This document shows positions 1 through 7,118 of a DNA stretch of 13,453 nt, piece by piece. The stretch is from an archaeon. GTDB taxonomy: Archaea; Asgardarchaeota; Thorarchaeia; Thorarchaeales; Thorarchaeaceae. The stretch's first letter is position 1; each line of letters begins with the position of its first letter. The translations under genes were made by a program, and so were the position numbers. Under the pieces are notes generated by a model that did no database searches, was not told where the DNA came from, and saw only the letters and a list, made by a program, of their open reading frames with translations. The stretch lies in assembly GCA_024275415.1 (NCBI GenBank), contig JAJRZD010000037.1, positions 1 through 13,453 on the forward strand, read 5' to 3'.

Positions 1-2
1 CT

Positions 3-845
3 CTTGCTGAAGTAGAGTCACGAGATGAGATCCTGCGAGGTGCACTGGTCACCTTTGATGGTCATATATTGACTTCTAATCTGCGAGCTTATGAAATCGA
101 AGCGCTCCTCGACCATCTAGAACATTCTGATTTTCCTGAAGACTGTACTGAGCCAAAGCTGTTAGAACATACTTCTCTTGAGTCTGGAACCTCGTTCTAT
201 GTTTATCCTATTGACCATAACTGCTTGGGTGTGTTCATTGTCGAAGTTGGAACGAAAGATGCAGAGATATACTCTGCAATGGTGAACCCATTCATTAACC
301 TTGTGAGGACAGTTGACCTGAGTGAGATGAAAAAGCTCCATCCCAAGGCCCAGGATCAATACACTGGGTTTTATGAGCATGATGTCTTGATCCCTACGAC
401 TGCACATACGGCAATACTGGACAACGCAAAAGACGTTCTTGCTGATATGACCCCCGACGCCAAAATGAATGCGATTGCAATCATCAAAGCGATTGACGGA
501 AAACAGACCGTACAAGAGATAATGGAGAAGACTGGGGTATCAAAGGAAACCATCACCGAATCGTTGGCGATTCTGATCTCACGAGGTTTCATACAGGTGG
601 CAAAACTATTTCCCGTCATGGGGAAGAGAGATGACCGGTTCTCCGCTTACTTGGAGGTCATAGGAATCCCTAAGAGGGCGTATGACATTGTTGATTCAGT
701 ATGGAAGTATTGCACAGGTGGTTACTCCATAAGAGAAATATCTGAGAAAAGCGGAATACACGCAGGAAGAATCATGGAAGTCCTTCGGTCACTTGGAACC
801 TATGTGACATGGCAGCATGACAGGAGAATCGAGTATGACAGGTAA
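3..845 (+). CDS. Roadblock/LC7 (MglB/LAMTOR-like) domain + tandem winged helix-turn-helix protein, 5'-truncated by the window edge
   Basis: The frame is open from nt 3 (LAEVESRDEILRGALVTFDGHILTSNL...), so the track's TTG start at 69 is probably internal. The N-terminal ~100 aa follow Roadblock topology: helix, GALVT-FDG-HILTSN hairpin, helix, three strands (LLEHTSLES / SFYVYPI / CLGVFIVE), helix. The C-terminal half has two similar wHTH-like units: IIKAIDGKQTVQEIMEKTGVSKETITESLAILISRGFI and VWKYCTGGYSIREISEKSGIHAGRIMEVLRSLG. Confidence 0.72.
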   Translation, partial: LAEVESRDEILRGALVTFDGHILTSNLRAYEIEALLDHLEHSDFPEDCTEPKLLEHTSLESGTSFYVYPIDHNCLGVFIVEVGTKDAEIYSAMVNPFINLVRTVDLSEMKKLHPKAQDQYTGFYEHDVLIPTTAHTAILDNAKDVLADMTPDAKMNAIAIIKAIDGKQTVQEIMEKTGVSKETITESLAILISRGFIQVAKLFPVMGKRDDRFSAYLEVIGIPKRAYDIVDSVWKYCTGGYSIREISEKSGIHAGRIMEVLRSLGTYVTWQHDRRIEYDR

Positions 846-1587
846 GATTGTAAGTATCCATTCATTCAGAGGGGGAACTGGGAAGTCCAACATCGCAGCT
901 AACCTTGCTGCTGTGGCTGCTTTGGAAGGAAAACGGATAGCTGTCATGGATACTGATATGGCATCGCCAGGGATACATGTCATCTTCGGGCAGGGACGTA
1001 AGAAACTCAAGTACACCCTTAATGACTACCTCAGAGGCGAGTGTGACATCACTCAGACCTGCATGGACATGACCAGCGAACTCGGCATAAAAAAAGGAAA
1101 GGTGTTCCTAATCCCAAGCTCGATGACTGCCACAGATATCACAAGAATTCTCCGCGAGGGATATGAGGTCAGCGACCTCCGGAATGGGTTCACAGAAGTG
1201 ATTAAGCAGAAAGACCTTGACTATCTCATCATTGATACGCATCCCGGCTTGGATCGAGAAACCCTACTTTCGATGGCGACTGCTGACTATCTTTTTGTTG
1301 TCGCACGGATTGACGAGCAGGACCTGCTTGGAACAGCTGCCACTCTGAGCGTGGCCAGGAAGCTTCAGGTTCCAGATATTAGGATCATCATCAACAAGAA
1401 ACCATCCATCTATGAGGACAAGACTATCATTAGAGAGGTGGAAACGAAGTTCAAGGCTCGCGTTGCCACAATAATCCCACTGCTTCCTATCCTCATTGAG
1501 GCGGGTAGCAGATACATCGTTTCGCTACGCCATCCAGATAACGAGTTCACAAAAAGCATGTACGATCTTTACAAAGTGATGGTCTAA
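835..1587 (+). CDS. MinD/ParA-family (SIMIBI) P-loop ATPase, atypical RGGTGKS subfamily
   Basis: Contains KIVSIHSFRGGTGKS (deviant Walker A), RIAVMDTD (Walker A'), DYLIIDTHPG (Walker B) and IIINK. ATG at 835 is preferred over 817: it follows a GGAG at 822-825 and overlaps the upstream gene's stop by 11 nt. Confidence 0.92.
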   Translation: MTGKIVSIHSFRGGTGKSNIAANLAAVAALEGKRIAVMDTDMASPGIHVIFGQGRKKLKYTLNDYLRGECDITQTCMDMTSELGIKKGKVFLIPSSMTATDITRILREGYEVSDLRNGFTEVIKQKDLDYLIIDTHPGLDRETLLSMATADYLFVVARIDEQDLLGTAATLSVARKLQVPDIRIIINKKPSIYEDKTIIREVETKFKARVATIIPLLPILIEAGSRYIVSLRHPDNEFTKSMYDLYKVMV

Positions 1588-1709
1588 TAGTATGAGGCAA
1601 GGTTGGCAAGCGCAATAGCTAGCACTAGTAGAAGCAGCGAAACCAACAATATCAGTATTATGAGATTATCACCACTATCCCTCGGTGTCCTGAAATACTC
1701 CTCATTCAT
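1584..1709 (-). CDS. Small single-pass membrane protein (41 aa), absent from the ORF track
   Basis: Translates as MNEEYFRTPRDSGDNLIILILLVSLLLLVLAIALANLASYY*, a charged N-terminus followed by one ~22-aa hydrophobic helix. It fills the otherwise empty MinD-GNAT gap, and its stop overlaps the MinD stop (ctaa at 1584-1587). An alternative in-frame GTG start lies at 1733. Confidence 0.6.
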   Translation of the reverse strand: MNEEYFRTPRDSGDNLIILILLVSLLLLVLAIALANLASYY

Positions 1710-1826
1710 CTTTCTTCGATTCTTATTTAGCACCTCACTTGTAATATTAGCTTTGATTTAGGGGAGCCACCGCAACGTTTCTATCGGGATAATGCCCCGA
1801 GATAATGGATACAGGATGGATCTTCT

Positions 1827-2273
1827 ATGTCAATCGAAGTTCGTGTTGCAACGGCCCATGACCGGCAATCACTGAAAGAATTCTATGCGCGTGAAGGACT
1901 GGACTTCAAGAACCTGACCTCACGAATAACTCCTGCTGCAGGAGGGATTGCCAGTGAAACAATGTTCATTGTAGCAGTGACAGATTCTATGGTGGTCGCA
2001 GCTATGCGATTGGACATTGGGCAGGATCCCCTGCTTGGAAAGGTGGGCTTCGTCCAGCATTTCGAGATTGAAGATGCTTTGGAGAGTACGGATCTTGGGA
2101 AACGGATGTTGGAGAAGGCTTCCCAGATTGGGGAGGAAAGGAGTCTCCGATGCTTGGAAGCACTGGTACCTGAGGATCGAAAGGAAGTCATAAACCTCTT
2201 CAAGACATCGGAGTTCAAGGAAGATCACAAGGAGATTCTTCTGAGAAAGGACTTCAAATCACGGATATTCTAG
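1827..2273 (+). CDS. GNAT-fold N-acetyltransferase-like protein (degenerate acetyl-CoA motif)
   Basis: Has the N-terminal IEVRVATAHD pattern (typical 'IR.A...D'), FIVAV...VVAAMRL strands, a GFVQHFEI strand, then LGKRMLEKA, CLEALV and INLFKTSEF, matching GNAT motif A/B spacing at 148 aa. Confidence 0.75.
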   Translation: MSIEVRVATAHDRQSLKEFYAREGLDFKNLTSRITPAAGGIASETMFIVAVTDSMVVAAMRLDIGQDPLLGKVGFVQHFEIEDALESTDLGKRMLEKASQIGEERSLRCLEALVPEDRKEVINLFKTSEFKEDHKEILLRKDFKSRIF

Positions 2274-4088
2274 CTATTGTGATGCAAGTCCAAGTTGTTT
2301 CAACGTGTCTTCTTTTGGAATGCCCATGGAGTCCCAGCCCATAAGCTGGTAATACCTCGAGAGTGATTCCTCGAAGTCATCCTTGCTCACAAATGACCTC
2401 ATGCCTTTTCGTGGCCCATGGGTCTGTGGTTCCCAGAGCCTCGGGGGCAATGTGTCGTCCCTCCGTGAGATTCCTTCACGGATATTGAACAGCCGAATGA
2501 GCGTTTCAATGCGCCTTGCAGCGGTTTCCAAATCTGACAATGTATAGTCTGCCCCAGTGGCACCATTCAGAAGCGCTCTCATCTGCTCCATCGTGATAGG
2601 AACTCGGTTGGTAAAATGACAGATTATCATGCTGTCTTTGAGGGTCTTCTCGAACCTGCTGGACAAGAGTTTCTCGACGAAATCGACTGCGGGTCTATCT
2701 GGAGGGTCTGATGTAGGAGGCCATCCACGCAGATGACTGGCACCTATATCTCCTGTCGCATATAGGAGACCTTGTCCAAGGCGTCCTCGTGGATCCCACG
2801 CTGGAACCTCTAATCCTTTAACATGGACCGCCAACTCCCCTGTTCCCTTTCCAAGCATCTCCGCTGCTCGCCTGACACCTTCAGCAAGTGTATCTCCGAT
2901 ATCCGACCTCGATGAGATCAATGATACCATCTTAGCCGCTGCATTTGCGTCCCCAAACCCAATCTCAAAGCCAATCTCTGACTTCGAGAGCATCCCGCGC
3001 TCATACGCTTCCATTGCAAACCCAATCACTGCGCCTGCACTTATCGTATCCAGTCCAAGGTCGTCACAGATGTAGTTGAGCTGTAGGACTGCCAGAGGGT
3101 CGGATATGCCTAGGTTACCCCCAAGAAGACCAAGTGTTTCGTACTCGATCATTGACTCAACCCGCCGTGACCCATCATTCGGGTCTGGGATGCTGAATGC
3201 ATGAGTACAGCGCATCACACAATGCGGACACGAGTGATGGTTCCCAACTCCATATTCCTGTTCCATTTTGATGTGGGATAGCTCCTCGAACTCGTCAAAA
3301 TACCCGTTCTGCCAATTACGTGTTGGGAACTGCCCGACATGATTTGCAATCTCTACCAGATGACGCGTACCATATTTCTTGAAGTCTATATCCAGTGTCT
3401 TCCAGTCTGCGATGTATTTCCTATTAATTGAGCGTATCAAGTCGATGTCATGTGCCGGAACAGAGTTGGTTCCTCTGACAACGATGGCTTTTATCTTCTT
3501 GGAGCCTAGAACTGCACCAATCCCTCCACGTCCTGTTTGGTGTGCGATTTCGCAGCAGGCAGTTGCATAACGAACCTTGTTCTCACCTGCAGGTCCTATT
3601 GCATAGACCGAGAATCCATCACCATATCCCTCATGTAGAAGATTGGTTGTAGCATAGACACCTTTCCCCCAGTACTTGCTTGCAGGACGGATGGAAACCT
3701 CATTGTTATCAATGACAAGTATTGAGGGCTCACTGCATGCGCCTTTGATACAAATAGCATCGTATCCAGCTTTCTTGATATCGCGTCCAGTTGCCCCTCC
3801 GCAATGCGAATCGAGAAAGATCCCTGTTAACGGTGACTTGGTCACTACAGACCATCTACCAACGCTTGGTCCTGGTAGACCCTGTAGGGGGCCACTGAGC
3901 AGTATCAGAATATTGTCTGCACTAAGAGGGTCGATGTTTGCTCCAAGATGTCTATAAAGGAGATATGCCCCCAGTCCTTTACCTCCTATGAATTGGCGAT
4001 AGGTTTCTCCATCTAGAGAGTCAGTTCTGTGCTCTCCTGACGACAAGTCAACCCAAAGTATTTGCCCGTTCCAGCCGATCCGTGACAT
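2274..4088 (-). CDS. aor: Tungsten-dependent aldehyde:ferredoxin oxidoreductase (AOR family)
   Basis: 604 aa with GWNGQILWVDLS, FIGGKGLG, KSPLTG..DSHCGG, IGPAGEN, GRGGIGAVLGSKKIKAI, the [4Fe-4S] ligands C-x2-C-x3-C (SCPHCVMRC) plus distal IICHF, EYET and CDDLGLDT. An SD-like GGTGA lies at 4096-4100 on the minus strand. Confidence 0.95.
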   Translation of the reverse strand: MSRIGWNGQILWVDLSSGEHRTDSLDGETYRQFIGGKGLGAYLLYRHLGANIDPLSADNILILLSGPLQGLPGPSVGRWSVVTKSPLTGIFLDSHCGGATGRDIKKAGYDAICIKGACSEPSILVIDNNEVSIRPASKYWGKGVYATTNLLHEGYGDGFSVYAIGPAGENKVRYATACCEIAHQTGRGGIGAVLGSKKIKAIVVRGTNSVPAHDIDLIRSINRKYIADWKTLDIDFKKYGTRHLVEIANHVGQFPTRNWQNGYFDEFEELSHIKMEQEYGVGNHHSCPHCVMRCTHAFSIPDPNDGSRRVESMIEYETLGLLGGNLGISDPLAVLQLNYICDDLGLDTISAGAVIGFAMEAYERGMLSKSEIGFEIGFGDANAAAKMVSLISSRSDIGDTLAEGVRRAAEMLGKGTGELAVHVKGLEVPAWDPRGRLGQGLLYATGDIGASHLRGWPPTSDPPDRPAVDFVEKLLSSRFEKTLKDSMIICHFTNRVPITMEQMRALLNGATGADYTLSDLETAARRIETLIRLFNIREGISRRDDTLPPRLWEPQTHGPRKGMRSFVSKDDFEESLSRYYQLMGWDSMGIPKEDTLKQLGLASQ

Positions 4089-4108
4089 GAGATGTTCACC
4101 GAGTGTCT

Positions 4109-4258
4109 TTAGGAAATTTCGACCTTGTTGATCTTATCGAGGTCAACACCGTGAAGATTCTTGATAAGGGACAATACAACGTCGTGCACAACGTCACTTG
4201 CGAATTCGTTCAGTGCTATCTTCTTTCCGTTCACATACAATTCAAAATCTGCGGTCAT
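4109..4258 (-). CDS. Small 49-aa protein resembling the stand-alone C-terminal domain of MobB-type molybdopterin proteins; absent from the ORF track
   Basis: Translates as MTADFELYVNGKKIALNEFASDVVHDVVLSLIKNLHGVDLDKINKVEIS*. The L.VNGK.I.LN.F...........L.G......+EI pattern matches my recollection of MobB C-terminal extensions. It ends 20 nt upstream of aor on the same strand. Confidence 0.75.
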   Translation of the reverse strand: MTADFELYVNGKKIALNEFASDVVHDVVLSLIKNLHGVDLDKINKVEIS

Positions 4259-4295
4259 TGGAAACACTAGGTCGTATTGTAGTTAACGCTCCTTA

Positions 4296-4309
4296 TACCA
4301 TTAATGGTA
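4296..4309. promoter_or_regulatory. Perfect 14-bp palindrome TACCATTAATGGTA, candidate operator
   Basis: Exact inverted repeat read from the sequence. It lies ~38 nt upstream of the 49-aa ORF/aor unit and overlaps a minus-strand TATAAG (4292-4297) in the divergent intergenic region. Confidence 0.45.
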
Positions 4310-4421
4310 AAAAAACGAAACCTACTTAGTGGGGTTCTCTTATGAACAAGGCACAAGAGCGCTCTCCGATACGGATATATACTCCACCCAATCGTACGGG
4401 TGCTCGAAGATGACCACTTAA

Positions 4422-4428
4422 GGTGAGG
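4422..4428 (+). promoter_or_regulatory. Shine-Dalgarno-like GGTGAGG
   Basis: Located 9 nt before ATG 4438, supporting that start rather than the track's GTG at 4423. Confidence 0.6.
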
Positions 4429-4437
4429 AATTTAGTC

Positions 4438-6321
4438 ATGACTGAAGATTTCTCGATATCTGGGATTTTCTCCCAAAAGAAAAAGGATGGTTCCAAGTAT
4501 GATCCAGTCGGGAAGCTGGCTGGGCTTGGAGGACTCCTGGGCGTTATTGCTGGCATCTATGGACTGATATTTAGCAACACCGAAACAATATTCCAAATTC
4601 AAGGGGAGAATCCCTCGAGTGGGCTGGTCCTGCTGCTCCTTGGGATCGGACTCCTTTTGCAATCCATCGGTGGAGGCCAGTTAAGAATCAAAATAGGATC
4701 TGCCTATTCTCAAGTTGGCTTGATTGGCGCACTGGTCGGGCTTGCTTACTATCCCTTTCTGATCATATCATCAGGATGGACGTTAGCACAGTACAATGAC
4801 TTTGTGACAATAAGTGCGTTCCTGACTGCCCTTTTCATCATACTATGGCAGATGTTTTGTGTGATATTTCCCGACTCGACAAACAGATGGCTTGGTGTGA
4901 TAACAGGTTTGTTGAATGGCCTATTCTTCCCATTGTTTGCAATAGGTCATGTTTACGGGAGCGGCATCACGATGCTCGCATTTCTCATGCTCATCATGGG
5001 TCAGCTATGCGTTCTCATCTTCTGGTGGAGCCCGTTAGAACTGGTTCGTGAATACGCTAGAAGCCCTGAGAAAGCCAAATTCTCATTCGGTCTGTCCGGA
5101 TTGCTCACATTTCTTGTTGGTGCTGTAGCACTATTTGCAAATGTCCAACAGACATCTCAGGGTGCTATCTGGTATCCTTTCAGTGCTCCCTTTGACTGGA
5201 ACTTTCCACTTGTGTTGGCATTTACTACAGCGTTGCTCTTCTGGGTGCTTCAGGGTCCCAGACTAGGAAAGAAAGAACTGAGAGCTGCTCATATCAGTGA
5301 GGATATCATCCAGGGCGGTAAGAAGTACTTTCCTGCGTTCCTGCTTGCCATAGGGATACTGGGATTGCTTCAAGCGGCGACAGGTCTACCTGGAGCGGCT
5401 GAGTCCAATGCGCTATTCATTGTTTGGGCCATATCTGGAACCATGTTCATGGTGGGTGCGTCCTACCTCGGACGTGCAGATGTAGTGACTGGACTGCCAC
5501 TTGTACTCTCCTCTATCATGCTTTCAATCCATCCAGCTGTCATCGCAGAGTTCGTGATCATCCCATTCGTTGCGGTGATTATCACACAGGGATTGTTAAT
5601 GGTGGAAACCAAGATTAGGGGATTCACATACTATTCGCAACCCTTCCTCACAGTGATTACCACCATCGCCTTTTCGCTGATTTTTCTGGCATTCATCCTT
5701 GGACTGTTCGGCAGTGGCCCTGCTTCTCTCTGGCCAACTAACAAATGGTTCAATGTAGCATTATTCCCACAATTTGATATGGCAACACAAGCAGCAACTA
5801 TCTTTGTCCTACCACTCGCTGCATTGATAACCCGGAATGTCGCTGCTGTTGGATTTGGACATAAGACTGGGCGAACCAATGATGTCATTAGCGGGATCAC
5901 AATGCTATTCGTGTTTATCATCCCGGCCATTGCAGCAGCCTTCAAAGGAGTCACTCATCAAGCTTTGACAGCAGCTGCAATAATGCTTGCGTTGTACATC
6001 ATTACGTTCGTGTTGGTACTCTCTCTCAATCTGAACCTAGCAGGTGAAATAGAGGACGCAGGACATACACTGACTGGGACTTTTCTCCGGATAACGGTTA
6101 TTGTGAGTCTCATTTTGGGAGTTGCCATCAGTATTTTCGTGATGGGAAGCTTCACAAGCACGGCAACGACAGCCCTACAAATGGCTTCTGCAATCACAGG
6201 ACTCGTGATTCTCATAACAGGTCTTGAGATTCTTATGACCATTGGGTGGGTCATTGCAGGAGTTCGATTGGGCTTCTTCACGTCAGGTTTCAGGTTCACG
6301 AAACCTGAGGCCGCACAATAA
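4438..6321 (+). CDS. Large polytopic membrane protein of unknown function (~627 aa, roughly 17-19 hydrophobic segments by eye)
   Basis: Long uninterrupted ORF of hydrophobic, Gly-rich segments with short charged loops. I recognise no MFS, APC, SSS or ABC motif. Confidence 0.88.
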   Translation: MTEDFSISGIFSQKKKDGSKYDPVGKLAGLGGLLGVIAGIYGLIFSNTETIFQIQGENPSSGLVLLLLGIGLLLQSIGGGQLRIKIGSAYSQVGLIGALVGLAYYPFLIISSGWTLAQYNDFVTISAFLTALFIILWQMFCVIFPDSTNRWLGVITGLLNGLFFPLFAIGHVYGSGITMLAFLMLIMGQLCVLIFWWSPLELVREYARSPEKAKFSFGLSGLLTFLVGAVALFANVQQTSQGAIWYPFSAPFDWNFPLVLAFTTALLFWVLQGPRLGKKELRAAHISEDIIQGGKKYFPAFLLAIGILGLLQAATGLPGAAESNALFIVWAISGTMFMVGASYLGRADVVTGLPLVLSSIMLSIHPAVIAEFVIIPFVAVIITQGLLMVETKIRGFTYYSQPFLTVITTIAFSLIFLAFILGLFGSGPASLWPTNKWFNVALFPQFDMATQAATIFVLPLAALITRNVAAVGFGHKTGRTNDVISGITMLFVFIIPAIAAAFKGVTHQALTAAAIMLALYIITFVLVLSLNLNLAGEIEDAGHTLTGTFLRITVIVSLILGVAISIFVMGSFTSTATTALQMASAITGLVILITGLEILMTIGWVIAGVRLGFFTSGFRFTKPEAAQ

Positions 6322-6339
6322 CTCACGAGGTCATCTACA

Positions 6340-7095
6340 TTGACTCCACAGGTGGAAGGCATCATCCGGAAACCTGTTGGAGCCAATGTTGCTTTTCTTT
6401 TGGTGCATGGGTTCTGTACTGATTATGACGAGCTTGCGAGCTTGGGCGAGTTGCTCGAATCTGAAGGGATGGCGTCTTTTGCCGTAAGACTGGCTGGGCA
6501 CGGAAGTTCACCCGAGGATCTTGCGACAACCACATGGAAAGATTGGTATGATTCTGTAGAATCCGCATACAGGGAAGTGCAGTCATGGAATGTGCAACAT
6601 GTATTTGTTGCGGGCTTGTCCATGGGTGCAGCTCTCACTCTCTATCTGGCGACACGAGAACCGACTATCGATGGGATTGTCATCATCTCTCCCGCAATCA
6701 AAGTAGGCGGACTGTTGGGAAAGCTTGTCCCAATCATCCGTATGTTCAAAAAATACCGTGCGGTAGATTTGTCGTATATCCCAAAGATGTACGACCTTCC
6801 GCGAACCAGGTATGATAGAGAGCCTCTTTCTGCGTTACAAGAACTCTTGCGATTCACAGGGGAAGTCCGCAAAGTGCTGCACGAGGTCACAGTTCCTATT
6901 CTTGTCGTAAAAGCAGGTGCTGATAAGACCGTGAATCCAACTAATTCTGATTACGTCTATGACAATGTTGCCTCGCCCCAAAAAGAGATTGTGACAATTG
7001 ATGGTGCTGAGCATGTAATCACTTGTCATCCCACTAGGAAAGAAGCGTACCCCCATATTCTGAGGTTCATTAACGAAGTCATTTTGGGTAATTGA
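6340..7095 (+). CDS. Alpha/beta-hydrolase carboxylesterase (Est30/YvaK, monoacylglycerol-lipase-like)
   Basis: Has the VHGF oxyanion motif, RLAGHG, nucleophile elbow GLSMG, catalytic Asp in GADKTV and His in AEHVIT. The TTG start is preceded by GAGGT (6327-6331) and lies 18 nt after the upstream stop. Confidence 0.92.
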   Translation: MTPQVEGIIRKPVGANVAFLLVHGFCTDYDELASLGELLESEGMASFAVRLAGHGSSPEDLATTTWKDWYDSVESAYREVQSWNVQHVFVAGLSMGAALTLYLATREPTIDGIVIISPAIKVGGLLGKLVPIIRMFKKYRAVDLSYIPKMYDLPRTRYDREPLSALQELLRFTGEVRKVLHEVTVPILVVKAGADKTVNPTNSDYVYDNVASPQKEIVTIDGAEHVITCHPTRKEAYPHILRFINEVILGN

Positions 7096-7118
7096 CAGTT
7101 GACGACAAGTTCCGCTAA

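Noticed and set aside
69-71. TTG start proposed by the track for the first ORF
   Set aside because: The frame is open to nt 3 and the upstream residues supply the first Roadblock helix and strand, so the gene starts before the window.
162-1016. Minus-strand ORFs 162-515, 371-619 and 789-1016
   Set aside because: They lie antisense to well-supported genes and have no protein-like motifs.
1784-1807. Short inverted repeat TCGGG-N7-CCCGA and duplicated GATAATG upstream of the GNAT
   Set aside because: The arms are only 5 bp, too weak to distinguish from chance.
1883-3957. Shadow ORFs 1883-2218, 1920-2228, 3379-3570 and 3676-3957
   Set aside because: Antisense or alternate-frame shadows of the GNAT and aor genes.
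4109-4258. Possibility that the small ORF next to aor is MoaD/ThiS
   Set aside because: It is too short for a ubiquitin-like fold and lacks the C-terminal Gly-Gly.
4326-6815. ORFs 4326-4556, 4432-4662, 4845-5051, 5424-5618, 5631-5954, 5958-6386, 6362-6586, 6423-6638 and 6585-6815
   Set aside because: They overlap the membrane protein or esterase in other frames and have no recognisable features.
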